Source: Eledone cirrhosa
Taxonomy: Eukaryota
DNA: 64,000 nt
NCBI GenBank assembly: GCA_964016885.1
Contig: OZ024740.1
Coordinates: forward strand, 97,092,001 to 97,156,000
Direction: 5' to 3'
Shown here: positions 16,671 to 32,682 of the stretch, in pieces
Layout of the letters: every line of letters starts with the position of its first letter
How positions within the stretch are numbered: the first letter of the stretch is position 1
Translations under genes and position numbers: made by a program
Notes under the pieces: model-generated
What the model saw: the letters and a program-made list of their open reading frames with translations, nothing else
Database searches by the model: none
What the model was told of the DNA's origin: nothing

Positions 16671-16968
16671 TTAAATGAAAAAATGGCATGCTGCGTTGTT
16701 GCGAGTGTGATACATATGGATGAAAAATAGAGCGGGAAACGGGACTGTCCATCATTAGTGATCTTCTGACTATAATCGATATTTCTTCGCATTAAAGACC
16801 AGATACCTCAAAATCAGTGCGAGAAATAATTAAAATAATTTATTGGGACAGAGCGAATTGGGTGGAGAAAGAGGGACCATAAACAAGCAAAAGTAGTAAT
16901 GCAACGTAAAGAGAGGAATGCAATGATACATGTTAACTTAAGTTCGACCACATCAATGACGAGAAGAC
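16671..16968 (-). mobile_element. Diverged single-arm relative of the 2580-3070 element, including its tail
   Basis: Colinear similarity (gtcc.tcat.agtgatcttc..; aaagacca; gtgcgag; ttgggaca; taaacaa.caaaa), and tail catatgta..cgcaac..cgcagc. Confidence 0.7.
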
Positions 16969-16982
16969 GTATATATATATGT

Positions 16983-19320
<2,338 letters not shown>

Positions 19321-19434
19321 ATGTATATATATGTAATATATATATATGTATGTATGTATATATATGTAATATATATATATATATATTATGAAAGTAAAAC
19401 AAAGAAGCCTTCAATACATCAACAGTCTTTATTA

Positions 19435-19473
19435 GCCAACAATGTTTCGTCCTATTAAGGACTCATCAGGGCA
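19435..19473 (-). ncRNA. Canonical minimal type I hammerhead (type F) in a ~120-bp solo PLE 3'-end fragment (19388-19510)
   Basis: gcc CTGATGA gtcc cttaata ggac GAAA cattg TT ggc, followed by AATAAA, a T-rich stretch and (TA)n. Confidence 0.85.
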
Positions 19474-19504
19474 ATTAAAACAACAAGAAGTATTATCGGC
19501 CAAT

Positions 19505-19541
<37 letters not shown>

Positions 19542-19573
19542 TGAACTAAATATATATATGTAGTTCACCATAC

Positions 19574-19611
19574 CGAGAACAATTGTTTCACCTTAGATGA
19601 TCCTCAGCTCG
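19574..19611 (-). ncRNA. Minimal type I hammerhead motif (family B) in an ~80-bp fragment
   Basis: cgag CTGAGGA tcatctaaggt GAAA caattg TT ctcg. Homologous to 8734-8770. Confidence 0.7.
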
Positions 19612-19663
19612 TAAAGGACATGGTTATACGGAACTGAGTGCTCTCTCTCTATATATATATATA

Positions 19664-20093
19664 CAAATGGAAAAGAATGAAACGAAATTCCATTTCTCAC
19701 TCTTAGTACGGCTGATACTTAAATGTAAGTATGTATACAGACGTACAGTAGTATGTATATATACACATACATGCACACATATATATATGTACGTATGGCT
19801 TTACCGAACATTTATTATAATGTTCGGTTTGTTTGTAAACAAACAGCCCGAATTACGCCGTACAGTGTTCGGCAACCATCGTTGCCCTTTTGTTAAACAC
19901 TGACACAGGAACGATGTTCTAATTTCAAGCTTATTAGCTATCGTCAGCATCGTATACCTTCCTGTCAGATGACTGAACTGTGTCAGTGTTGAACAAAAAG
20001 GCGACGATGGTTGCCGAACACTGTACGGTGTAATTCGGGCGGTTTGTTTACAAACAAACCGAACATTATAATAAATGTTCGGTAACCCCATAC

Positions 20094-20134
<41 letters not shown>

Positions 20135-20201
20135 CATGTATGTATAGATACTACTGTACGTCTGTATTCATATATGTATGTACGTATACATACTTACATT
20201 T
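19664..20201. mobile_element. Fold-back copy of the retrozyme-like family D, with a damaged HHR (19911-19953, minus) in the spacer
   Basis: Arms 19721-19908 and 19978-20201, tail 19664-19720. HHR reads acgatg CTGACGA tagctaataagctt GAAA ttag AA catcgt, with U16.1 lost. Confidence 0.8.
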
Positions 20202-21243
20202 ATATATATATATTCAGAATATGTTGTAAGCATACCCTCACTGTTAATTTAAAGAAAAGCTTCTATTGCATGATCAGTTCATGAAAAGACATGAACCACC
20301 AAAACCACAAAACAAAGTCTCAGAATCGAAATCAAACAGAAGAATACTTAGATATATATAGATATATTGATGATGAGATATATATATGGCCATTATTGAG
20401 ACATTTGTATGCTAAAAATTCTCTGTCTGGATTTATAGCTGTATCAACAACAGAGAAAATGCTGGTGTTTCTGCTGTAAAACTTTATTATACAAAAATAG
20501 GTTCTTAAAACTGTTCGAGTTCTCATGATAACTTTATTCGATTCGGTAGTTGTTTATCTATGTTCTTTTACTTATTTGATATTATTTCTAGGTGTTTTGT
20601 TTACTTTTTGTTTGTATATCTCTTTTACGACTGGCTAATCTATTCTATAACAATGCAATGGTTTTTTCCATTTTTGTTTTTAATGTTTGAAGACAAAGAT
20701 GTTACATCAAATAACATCAGCTTACACATAAACTCTATTGTGTTGTCACAGTAATTCTTTGACTTTAAACTGTTGTAGTTCTCAATAAATGTTGTTATAC
20801 TTTCTTTCAATTCACTTTCTTCACTCAATAACATCATTTTTTTCATTTCACTGTATTCTTTACAGTTATACACACACACATATATACACACAATATACAC
20901 GCGTGCACACACTGTACTTGTGTTGAACTAATGTTGAATAGGCCCGTAGCACTACACTGAACACATTCTCTTTACTTGCTTCCAGATACTGAACTCTAGC
21001 TATGCTAGAGCTCCAATATGTGACAAGACTGGATCTTTGGATTATAGGTATAGTCCAGCTGACAGGTTTCCATAGTTTCCCTCACTAGACAATTACATTT
21101 ACACTGCTTATAATGACTCAAGGATATAATAATAACACTTCCCTAAAATACGATGCAGTGAAATTTAATGCAGGGCCACATGTTTGCGATGCAACATTTT
21201 TATATACTCAGCTAAGCCTACGTCCACATAATGTTAATAATTG

Positions 21244-21372
21244 TTTCTAGTTGTTGCACAAGGCCAGCAATTAACCAGTACATTACTGGTACTTTAATTT
21301 ATCGACCCCGTAAGGATGAAAGGCAAAGTTAACCTCGGCGTGATTTGAACTCAGATCATAAAGGGACGTAAC
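21244..21372 (-). mobile_element. SINE fragment with Nin/Deu-type central domain
   Basis: Minus strand has a gagttcaaatc B-box followed by gcctttcatccttacggggtcgataaa. Related to 26440-26625. Confidence 0.7.
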
Positions 21373-24300
21373 GTTAATAATAATATCATGGAAGAATCAT
21401 TCATCTTAGAGGTGAACTAATTTGGCAAGTGATTTGATTAGGGACCATATGTTGAAACAAATAACTACAATTGTAAAGGATTCATTTTAGCCATTTGAAA
21501 CTGCAACTAATCCATTGCAATGGAATGATTATGGGCACTCAGACACAAATGACGTGAAGAATATTTTAACACCTTGAAATATATTTAAAGGGAATTTTAG
21601 TTTTGATTTGTGTTTTTGTATGTGTATTTTTATTGGCTAATTCAATGTAACTGCATTCATCTTAATAATTCTATAAATATCTCTCTTAGAAAGATATAAC
21701 CATATATCAGTATTTTAATGTAAATCTCTAAACATTCTTGATATCAACCTGTTTGATGCCATTCATGTAAATGAAAAGCTTCCAGCATAATTTTACATAG
21801 GAAAACTTAACAAATTAAATTCGAAACACTATTTAAATAATAAAAAGTGATCTACTTTATTAAATTCCACCAAATTACTGTTGAATTTGAAATATAATCT
21901 AAACGTATGTACAGAGGATTTCATTAGAATTATAGTAAATAAGTAAATAATTAAATATAGTAAATATGCAGATGCAATCTCAAGAAAACGTTCAGTCCAA
22001 TATTTGTTCTGAACATAATCAAGCATCTCTTCATAGAAATATTCAAATTCAATTGAATCCTGAAGCAGATTTTATTTCTGTTGTAATAGCTGTAGTTATC
22101 ATTATCATATATACCTATTTACCTACAATGCAGTACTAATTTCATTTAGAAATAGTTTTTTTTAGAAAACAATCAGATCTCAGAAACATTTGTTGAGTGA
22201 GCTGATCTTTCTATTGTTTTCTTCATCCAACAAATATAATGTACATCAACATGTTAAGAAAATAACTGCTACTGTACGATGTCAATGTTTTGTTCCTATG
22301 GCAAAACACATCAACATATATTGTATATCACTTTGGAAAAATTGAGCCTCATTTTTCAGTATTCTTGTTGTTTCACTCGTCATTATATTTCTATTATTGT
22401 TTTTCATGTGTCTATTGATACCCAAATCACCTGAAACCACTGCTGAATTTATGATATAAATCTGCTTCTTTCAAATTTCCCATATTTGAATGAAAAAACT
22501 TCTATTATGATTTTTAAATATAGAATCTTGTAATTAATGTTCAATACATTTAAGCTATATTACTAAATTCTTCCAGAATCATTATTTTCAAATTGAATTA
22601 AAACACATGGGCTTTTTCTTTCACCAGAATCATGGTAACAAAAGGGTTAAATTATAATGAAGAAGATTCACATATCACTTCTTTAAATTGATTTAAACAC
22701 CTCTCACACACCTCTGTAACCGAAAATAGAATAAGGAATATACAATGAAGAATATGTGCCAAAGGTTTTGTAAACAATATGACATCTTAAAATTGAAGTA
22801 TGATATAGACATGATTCTTCTTTTGAAATTAATCAATTAAAGAAAAAATAGTTACTAGAAGGAAATCCAAATTATACTGTGATAAATGTTTTTCAGTTAT
22901 TCAAAACATGTAAAACAAATGAGTAAAATGACACAGTTTGACAAGACAGTTTCTTACTAAACTTAATGAAAGACAGATAAATAGTTGTTTTAAACTGTAT
23001 TCTCTGCACAACAAAAATAATTTATTGTTTGAATGATTTGTGATCTGTTACAAAATACCAGTCATGTACAGCAAAAAAAAAAATATTTGCATAACATTTC
23101 AGCTGTGAAAAAGCTAAAACCAATTCATAAAACCAGCCTCAGTAATGAAAAATTTGTTGAGAATAGGACTTAAAAATTCTCTATCTAAACATGAATATTT
23201 CAGCAGAAGTCTTACTGTCTAGAGTTGGGTTAAATGGTCAAATGTTGCATATGTTACTAGCTTCAGCCAATCAAAGAGAAACAATTCTACTTCTTAGTTA
23301 TGAAAAAGCATCTATGTAATCACAACTTATCTCAAAACTTTTGATACCAAACCACTTGAAAACTCTCTTTGTTCTATGATACAAATCTGTTTATTTTAAA
23401 GTATTCATATTTATCTACAACACTTTCATAATATTTTTTTTGTAAGACCCTTTGTTAATTTATTCCAAAAATTCATTAACTATTTTGCTACCAAACTATC
23501 TGAAACTATCCTTTGTTCTACAATATAAATCTAGTCTTTTAACGATTATATTTCTCTAAAAGAATCTTCTATCATGACTGTGTGTAAGAACCTTTGTTAA
23601 ATTATCTCCAAAGCCTATAACCAATAATGGGAAATTTAGTTATGTTCCTTCATCCTTCTGAACTTTTGATTATTTTCAAAATATTAATGATAATCACAGG
23701 CACAGTCATTCATTTGTAATATGGCAATGAAATGGTTAAAAAAGAAAGGACACATTGGACAATACAATTTATTATATACAAAATGAATTCAGCTAAAATA
23801 TGATCAATTAACATAGAACTGTACCTAAATAACAAACACAAGACATCTCCTTCAGTAAAGGATGTTACAGAGCATCCCACATCTTGATTAAATACTTCAG
23901 CCATCATATTTTAATATTTTGTTGCTTATTGACTAACATTTCAAGTTGTTTAGATTTTAAACTAATATTAGCTAGTGACCTCATCAATATTAAGCATGGA
24001 GTCTATGAAAGTATGATTGCTACACTAGAAATGGGTTATAATCTTTATATATAGACATATAAACATGCTAAATATAGGTATTTCTCTGTAATTTGAACTA
24101 ATTATAAAATGTTAATTTATATAGATATATAAGTGTCTCTATTACTTCTATTCTGTATATATATGTCTATATCATATACATCAGCAGCTTAGCACCCAAC
24201 TTAATATACACCTATATTAACTGTCAGCATGAGCATTAATATTGCACAAAATAATACGTCCATTTCAGAATACTGCAGTAGGTGATAGCGTATATAAGCT

Positions 24301-24534
24301 CCTTCATTAAGTATTTCCTTGCAGTTGTGTAGATACTATGAATGTGTTCAGATGAAACCCTGACAAGGCTTGAGAAGCAGTTAAATGTGTTTCTCAATTT
24401 TTCAATTTACAAGGAACTATATATATTTGGCATATTTATATGTCTAATTACTAAAAATGTATAAAATTTATGCTGTCTTAGTTACTTCTATTTTGTATAT
24501 ATACAGATCTAACTTTATCATATATATATATATA

Positions 24535-24838
24535 TCATCATTTTACGTCCGCTTTTCCCTGCTTGCAAGGGTGGGATGGAAATTGATTAGGGCTTGATTT
24601 CTACAGCTATTGCCCTTCCTAACACCGACCTCATTTACAGTGAGTGCTGGGTGCTTTTTTGCCGTGGCACTTTCATAACCACTTTGCAGTGGAATGATAG
24701 GGACTCCAGTTATATCATCTCATTTCTACAGCTGAGTAAACTGGAGCAATGTGAAATAAAGGAAACAACACATCACCCGGTCTGAGAATTGAACTCGCAA
24801 CCTTTCGATGCAAGGCCAATGCTCTAACCACTAGGCCA
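24535..24838 (-). mobile_element. tRNA-derived SINE with RTE-type 3' end
   Basis: Head tggcctagtggttagagcattgg..gagttcaattc; body shared with 44979; tail ggacgtaaaa(tga)n. Confidence 0.85.
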
Positions 24839-26439
24839 TATATATATCATCATCATCATCATCATCTTCACCAGGTCATCGTCTGGTTGTTATCTATTTT
24901 TAGCAGAGTAAATGATAACCTCCAGCAACAATGACACAATTTCATATATAAATTAAATATCTCCCTGTCATACTGTCATACATATTTGTAATTCTCTATG
25001 GACAAAGAATGTAGATCAGAAGTATGAGGTAATGGCCATGGTCTTCACAAACCCTTCTTGACTAGATATAACAATGATGCTTATGTATTGTTTATACTGT
25101 TATTTGTCAACTCTTTTGACGAAAACATGAAGTTGTTAGTGTAAGGCTTGTCATATTGAAATAATATGGTTGATGTGGGGAAGAGAGAGAAGTGCAGAGT
25201 ATTTGAGTAAAGGTAACACATGAAAAGCAATCTGTGAGGAATATAGTAACAATTATATTAATGGTATAAGAGACAAAGGGAGACAACACCACCTCTGTGG
25301 ATAAACCCAAATAGAGGTGAAACTTAAGTTAGATAATTCATGCTTTATCAGTCCACAAAGAAATGTATAACAAAGATACATTTCCTTATATTGAGGTATG
25401 CTTTTACAGATTTAGACAATTTTGGTTAAATCATCTACTGTTTTGGTACTGATGTGTATTTGTGACACACGTCTGTATATGTGTGTTGTATGTGTGTGTG
25501 TCTTTGTGTACAAATTTGTGCATATATCATTTTGTATGGAAATGAAAGACAATAACTCTGACATTTAAAATTTTTCAAGACAATGTGATCAACAGCTATA
25601 GTAATGATGACAGCAGTGATGATTAGATGTTGATGATAATAATGACAATAAGAAGAAGAACAACAACAACACGAACAACAACAATAATAATGATTTGTTA
25701 CTGTTTATGGGTTTGGATATGTGCATATATATATATATATGTGTGTGTGAATGCATGATGTGTGTATACATGTGGTAGTGGTAATGATAGCGAGGGCCTG
25801 TGGTGGAGGGGGGGTGCATTGAAAAAGTTGAGAGTATTCGTGATGAAGAAACAACAGATTGGAGAGAAAAAACATGTTATGACAAAGAGATGTAAAACAG
25901 AGAGAAATATAGACAGAGAGAAAGAAATAGTGAGAAAGAAAGGCCGGCAGAATGAGGCTGAAAGAGAGAGGAGGGATAGAGAGAGAAAGGAAAATAGAAG
26001 GTGATAAAATGAAACTGGTAAACAAACAATATTCGTTAGATACACTATTTCTAACTTCAATATTTTAAATTTCTATACACTGCAATCATCATCAGTATCT
26101 AGATCATGACATCATCAGTGCTGTCATCATCATCACCTCATCAACAAAAACATCACCAACAGCTCTATCAATATGTTTATAATTAGTATCATTATCATTA
26201 ATGTTATTAATATTAATGATTGTTGTTAATTTTGTTGTTTGTTGTTTGTTGTTCCTCTCCCTTTCTTTTTCTAATCATCATCACTACCAACATCTATGTG
26301 TTTGATTATCTTTATTTAATATCACTATCTGTTTGATTATCTTTATTTAAATGAATATTATTATCAATTTATTATTATTATTATTTTTTAGAAATATTGT
26401 TCTTAATCTAAATTGTTGTTTTTATAATTATTATTATAA

Positions 26440-26625
26440 GGGCAGTGGATTGGCAGCATCAGTAGAGGGTCGGACGCCATGCTTTGATGCATAGAGTTAT
26501 GCTCCTTTCCATTCTGAGTTCAAATCCCACAAAGGTTTACTATGCCTTTCATCCTTACGGAGTCGATAAAATAAAGTACCAGTAATGCACTGGGTAATTG
26601 CTGGCCTTGTGCCAAAAGTAGAAAC
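26440..26625 (+). mobile_element. tRNA-derived SINE with Nin/Deu-type domain
   Basis: tggcagcatcagtagag A-box-like, gagttcaaatccc B-box, gcctttcatccttacggagtcgataaa, and (ATT)n tail. Confidence 0.75.
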
Positions 26626-26786
26626 AATTATTATTATCATTATTATTATTATCGTTGTTGTTGTTGTTGTTGTGGTTGCTATTATTAATTTCAGCAATAC
26701 AATACACTGCATACCTGTTTCATAGAGTGTATTCAATGCAATACAATAATCAAAATCAAAATAAAACACTTGAGGAAAAAAAGGAA

Positions 26787-27022
<236 letters not shown>

Positions 27023-27610
27023 TCCATCATGAACATCATCAATCACCATATTCATCATCATAATTAATCAGCCTTATTAAATAATGATGATGATGATAGT
27101 GGTGGTGGTGGTGGGGCAATGAAGTTATTCCATTTTTGTGATTTGAACTAAAATCTGGAACAGTGATCTTTAAGGAAATATTGAAAGGAAATGTGTCATC
27201 ATTTTCCAGAAAATAACAAACAATAGGAAAATCCCACCTCTCATTGAAAAGTTGTCATGCAAAGCTCAAGGGCATCAATTTAAGAATAAATGATTCATAG
27301 TTAGCAATCACATCAAATATCATTTAATGAAAGTAGGTTTGTCTGGTGTATGTGGAATCCTTTATATTGTATGGCATACAGTATACTATATTATGTTACA
27401 TGTTATATAGTAGTTTGTATACAATGTGAAAAATGTTTGTTTTTTTAAATATGCTGGAACAAATTTCTGTGGCAAATTTAATGGAATTTAAAAAGAAAGA
27501 TATGATGGTATTTGTTTAAATTTTCAAAACACACACACACACACATCATCATCATCATTTTACGCCCGCTTTTCCTTGCTTGCAAGGGTGGGACGGGAAC
27601 TGATTCTGGC

Positions 27611-27669
<59 letters not shown>

Positions 27670-27675
<6 letters not shown>

Positions 27676-27945
27676 GAAATAATTACTTAAAACAGATGTT
27701 TGCTACCTATACTTTAAAGACTACTGTTACTTTTTATCAACAGCATAGATCATGTCTCTATGACATATGCCAAAATAGGCTTTGTAACCTTCAGTTGCTT
27801 TCTACCTAACATTTCAATGCCTATTCAAGCACAGGTTGTGGATACACAATCTAGGCTAGTTGTTATTTACCTTTCAGATAAGAAATAACAGTAGGTTTGA
27901 AATTTTATGTAGCAAGCATCTGTTTTAAGAAATTATTTTATATAT
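27670..27945. mobile_element. Old fold-back element with ~70-bp diverged inverted arms between microsatellites
   Basis: aaataattacttaaaacagatgtttgctac..ctactgtta versus taacagtag..gtagcaagcatctgttttaagaaattattt. Confidence 0.65.
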
Positions 27946-28369
27946 ATATATATATCAATATATCAATGAATTAGAATCCAGTATGTATAAATGTTGAATC
28001 ACCACATTCTATATATTACAGAATTACTATTACAGTGATATCATAACAGTGGTGTTATAATAATAATACATCAAGTGCTCATTCCTGCTTATACAAGTGT
28101 CTATAACTTTAAACTGATAATATATTTATTAATATAGAATAAACATAATATACAAATATATATGTATCGTTATGAAATTAAATATTTTAAAGAAAATATA
28201 ATTTGTCATTATTCCTTATATATATCGTCATCATCACCATCATTTTTCATTCAATTTTCAACACTTGCATGTGTTGGATGAGTCCTTTTCAGCACAGCAT
28301 CTCTCCACTCATCTCATTCCTTCATCTTCTCCTCCATGAATCTCAGCAATTTGAGATCAGCTCTCCCCA

Positions 28370-29640
28370 CCTCCACCAGGTCTTCTTTGGTCTACCTCTA
28401 TTTTGACTTGCTTACAGTGAGATTTCCTTGCACTGGGATTTCCTTACACTGGGATTTCCTTTTGATCACCCATTGATCATCCATGCCCATCACATGTCCA
28501 ATGCTAACGTAGTCTCTCTCTTGTACACCACTTCTGATTCCACTTACACCCATGTTTTCTCTCAGTTCATCCAAGCTCTGCTGTTCTCTTACATTAACAT
28601 TGCACATCCATCAAAATATGATTGTTTCCTTTATCTAGAGCCTATGTATGTGATCTGCAATCACTGTCCATGCTACGCCGTGATGTTACGCTGCCGTGCA
28701 GCATAGGACTTTGCATACAGATGTCATACAACCATCCTTTCATTAGAATGGAGAAATCTTTTGTGGTTAATAGAGAGAGAAGCTTTCTAAACATTTTCCA
28801 TCCTATTCTTATTCTAACTATTATGCTTTTAGAGCACTCTCTTCCACTACTAATTAAGTCACCTTTGTAACAGAAGCTATCAACCAATTCCATGCCGGAA
28901 TTGGAAATGGTTTATATGACTGTGCTCTTCGTATTAATTACCCTGTGCCTCTATTACATACAAAGTCTTTCTTTCTAGTTAGTGTGCCTGCTACACCTCT
29001 TGTGTACCCATGATTTACAGTGTACATCATATAGAATTTATGCCTACTCTTTTTCTGAATATTGAACACGACCACTTCCCTCTTTGATCTAGAGTCTTGT
29101 CTTTCCTGCTAACTAATACAATAGTTTTTTCAAACTTTACTCTGAATCTTTAGTATTCAGAGTTCTGTTTCTTCAGCTGCAACTTTTTCTCTTGTTCTTT
29201 CATAGAATCTGCTATAAGGGCCAGATCATCAGCATACAGAAGCTCCCATGAATAGCTAGTCTTAAACTCCTCTCTTAATGCAAGGAGAACTATAATAAAC
29301 AGAAGAGGGCTGAGGAACAAACACTGTACTTTGTATTCCTCACTATATTCACTTCCTACTTTCATTTTACTAACAGTTCTATTAGGAACTTCTTCTTGTT
29401 GTCTCACTAAGAAGCAGACATCTGTAGTACATTAATAGGGCATAAACTGAAGATCATCTCATCTATTTTGACACTTTCCCTAGGTAGCCTTGCTAGAACA
29501 CTTTCCGTCACTTTCATAACTTGGCCCATTATATTTATTCTGATGTAACTGCTCCTTTCCAGGGCATCACCTTTTCTTGTAACGATTTACGATTGTACTG
29601 TTGTGCCAGTCATTGTGTATGACTCCATCCTGTATTAGCT
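28370..29640 (-). pseudogene. Decayed RTE-like LINE RT region
   Basis: LSPLLFIIVL..EEFKTSYSWELLYADDLAL, VDSFCYKGDLISSG..RIRIGWKMFRKLLSLLT and ELRENMGVSGIR..GHVM. Confidence 0.8.
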
Positions 29641-29649
29641 GCAAGCCTG

Positions 29650-29998
29650 TTTCCATGGATATTCAATATTAATGTACAGGAGCAACAAAGCTTTTATGAA
29701 CTGAGAGAAAAAGTGGGTATAAGAGGAATCAGAAATAATGTGCCAGAGAGACATAATGTGCATTGGAATGGACTTGTGATGTGCATGGACAGTGATCACA
29801 TAATGAAGAAGTGCCAGGAAATCCCAGTTAAAAGAAACTCGTGTAGATGGAGACCAAGGAAGATCTGGAAGTAGGAGGAGAGTGTTGACCTCAAATCACT
29901 GAACTCACAGGTCAAAGGACAAATAAATGTGACAATGTCCAATCCAACCCAACCGATGGAAGCATGGAAATGCTGATGTAAAATGATGATGATGATAA
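29650..29998 (+). pseudogene. Inverted 3' fragment of the same RTE-like family, ending in (TGA)n
   Basis: Diverged reverse-complement similarity to 28230-28610; tail agcatggaaatgctgatgtaaaa(tga)n. Confidence 0.65.
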
Positions 29999-30182
29999 TG
30001 ATAATATATTTACATACGAACACACACAGATACATATATATATAAATATATATATATATACATTCAGAGTGGGTAATTGAGATTGCACCAATATGTATCT
30101 AAATATATTTATATTCAATATGTAGGTATGTAAACATGCCAGAAAATACAAATTCCCCTGCTGCTTGAAAAAATGATAAGCA

Positions 30183-30225
30183 CCTTTAATCGATTTTTGG
30201 ACCTAATTGGGCCCTCATCAGAAGG
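30183..30225 (-). ncRNA. Hammerhead motif with a single core lesion (type G; GAAA to AAAA at a former CpG)
   Basis: cctt CTGATGA gggcc caatta ggtcc AAAA atcgat TA aagg. Stems I, II and palindromic III (AATCGATT) all pair. Confidence 0.7.
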
Positions 30226-31785
30226 AGTTGTTTAAGGACAAAACTTGTCGCAAAGATCACTCCCGTCTCAAAGATTATCAGCTCTGGTCCGCTGATCAGC
30301 CCTGGTTGAAGCATAATCCCTGGCTGAGCAGACTTATCATTAAAAGACTTTTATCCGTAGGTAACTTATCATTCTGTACAGATCAAATATTTTACCAGTT
30401 AACATATACATACATTTTTTGAAGTAGTAACGACTTACATGCTGAAGATTTGCCTGATATTTCAAACAAATCAAGCAACCATATAGAGAATCAGTCATTG
30501 CCTTGTAAATGAATCTTCTTCAGTATGTTTTGTTCTTTTAGTTTGATATTGATGAAGGTGATGTACCCATAGGCATCACAGGCTCTCCAAGACTGCAGTT
30601 ATGTATGCGAATGTCGTAATATTATTGCAAAGAATGGCAGCAATTCATTATTGTTTTCCTTATTCTCAATCAGAATTGCATGCTGTTACATATGAATTCA
30701 TATAATCTAATAGAGATCAGATACTGCCTTTAACTGAGCCACAGGGGTCATTACAGCACTATTTGAAGTACTGCAAAGAAATAGAAATGTTGGTCATTAA
30801 TTACAATTACTAGCAATTGTGGGAGGCCTTCTCATTTTACTATAAATATGCACACACACATATATATATATATATATTGTCATCATGATTATCATCGTCA
30901 TCACCATTTAACGTCCATTCTTCCAAGCTTGCTCTCCCCAAATACTAGTTGATAATATGGAAATATAAAAATATATATAAAGAGATTTATAACAAGGAAT
31001 TCTTAGGAAACAATCTACATTGAAGAACAGAGTAGATCTGTGGATAACACAAGGATCAATTTACAAAATTGTGACAAGGTTGAGGGATGGTAAAGCAAAA
31101 AGTGTTACAAATCCTGGAAACATTTGAAGAAAAGTGAAATATAATGTACAATAACAAGTAGCCAGAAAGTAAGCTAGACGTCTGATTTACATTGCAGATC
31201 TTATCTCTATTAACAGTTTCACTGTGTAACAGAATATTCTCAGAGGTTAGATTGTGACCGCTGATGATATGGAAATAACATGGAGATATAAGTAACTAGC
31301 TCTAAGATGTGAATCCAAATTACTAAATGTATATTCTACATTTAAAATATATTGAGTTTTTCATGGCAGTGTGAATTTTATTATCTCTCTTTTTGTTTTC
31401 CACACACACAGACACAAACACACTAACACACACATATATATGTTTGTGTGTATATCTTATATATATACGATTTATATTTACATATGTATGTATATTTTTA
31501 TATTTAAAATATATATATCAGTTCCCGTCTCACCCTTGCAAGCAGGAAAAAGTGGACGTAAAATGATGATGATGATGATGATGATGATGATGTATGTATA
31601 TATATACATGTCATCCTCATCAAGTAGTCAGTCAACAACACTATGACTGTTTGTTGCTTTGGCATGACTTGATAAACTTTTTTCCATACTAATCAGATTT
31701 TGCATGAGTTTGCCATTTGTTATGATCAAGGAGGATTTCCATCATAGAAGGCATTCCAGCACACCAGAGGAACCCTTCATTCCTG

Positions 31786-31817
<32 letters not shown>

Positions 31818-32235
31818 CATTACAGTAAATATAATAAGAGGAAAGCCATATGAAGTTGTGTATAAATTGATTTGGCTATTATACATATATCACTGGTGCA
31901 ATGATTGGGTGGTGTGATTTCCTCATATCCAATGGCCTGAGTTCTTCAAATAGCAATATAGATGTAAAGAAGCAAATATTTTCAATGTGAGTGGCCAACA
32001 TATAACCTGTTACTGTTAGGCATGTCGACCCCTGCAAAATATGCATAATTACCTAAATAGATTTATACACTACTTCATATGGTCTTCGCCATATTTGCTG
32101 TTTTGTACTACCAAAATGAACTTTGATTAGTACAAGTTGTCGAGTGCTTTATTCTATTAGCCTGACCGGTAACTAACTGGAGTGTGAAATGCACAACTCT
32201 AGTTGGAAAACACACTATAAATATCATATATATAT

Positions 32236-32447
32236 GTAGAAATGAGATGATAGGGACTGGGGTCCATATCATTCCACTGCAAAGTGGTTGTGGAGGTGCC
32301 ACGGCAAAAAAGCACCCAGCACTCACTGTAAATGAGGTTGGTGTTAGGAAGGGCATCCAGCTGTAGAAATCAAGCCAAAATCAGTTCTCGTCCCACCCTT
32401 GCAAGCATGGAAAAGCGGACGTAAAATGATGATGATGATGATGATGA
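32236..32447 (+). mobile_element. 5'-truncated copy of the tRNA/RTE-tail SINE (tail-only copies at 27546-27612 and 31519-31591)
   Basis: Matches 45102-45297; (GAT)n tail. Confidence 0.85.
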
Positions 32448-32456
32448 TATATATAT

Positions 32457-32682
32457 ATTGAATACATATAGAAATGAGAAGACTTATTGTTAGAACAGCC
32501 ATTAAAACAGTCAAATGCTGTTAAAGTCAGTGATGGGCAAGAGGTATATATTACCATTGATGTCTTTGACGGCGTTTTGCTTTTTTAATGGCTGTTCTCA
32601 CAATGGGGTTTCTCATTTTTATATATATTCAATCAAATACGTTCTCACTTCATCTTGATCAGAGACAACATTGTTTTAAATG
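32457..32682. mobile_element. Old fold-back element with diverged ~80-bp arms and a right-hand tail
   Basis: attgaatacatatagaaatgagaa..ttgttagaacagccattaaaa versus ttttaatggctgttctcacaa..ttctcattttatatatattcaat, then ~50 unpaired nt before TA repeats. Confidence 0.65.

Noticed and set aside
20330-24000. Possible host exons on the minus strand (ORFs 20332, 20640, 21829, 23710)
   Set aside because: No recognisable domain and no consistent splice-phase chain. RNA-seq or homology would be needed.
30542-30620. Possible small plus-strand exon after ttttgttcttttag (FDIDEGDVPIGITGSPRLQL)
   Set aside because: Only an acceptor-like site, with no homology or partner exons identifiable.
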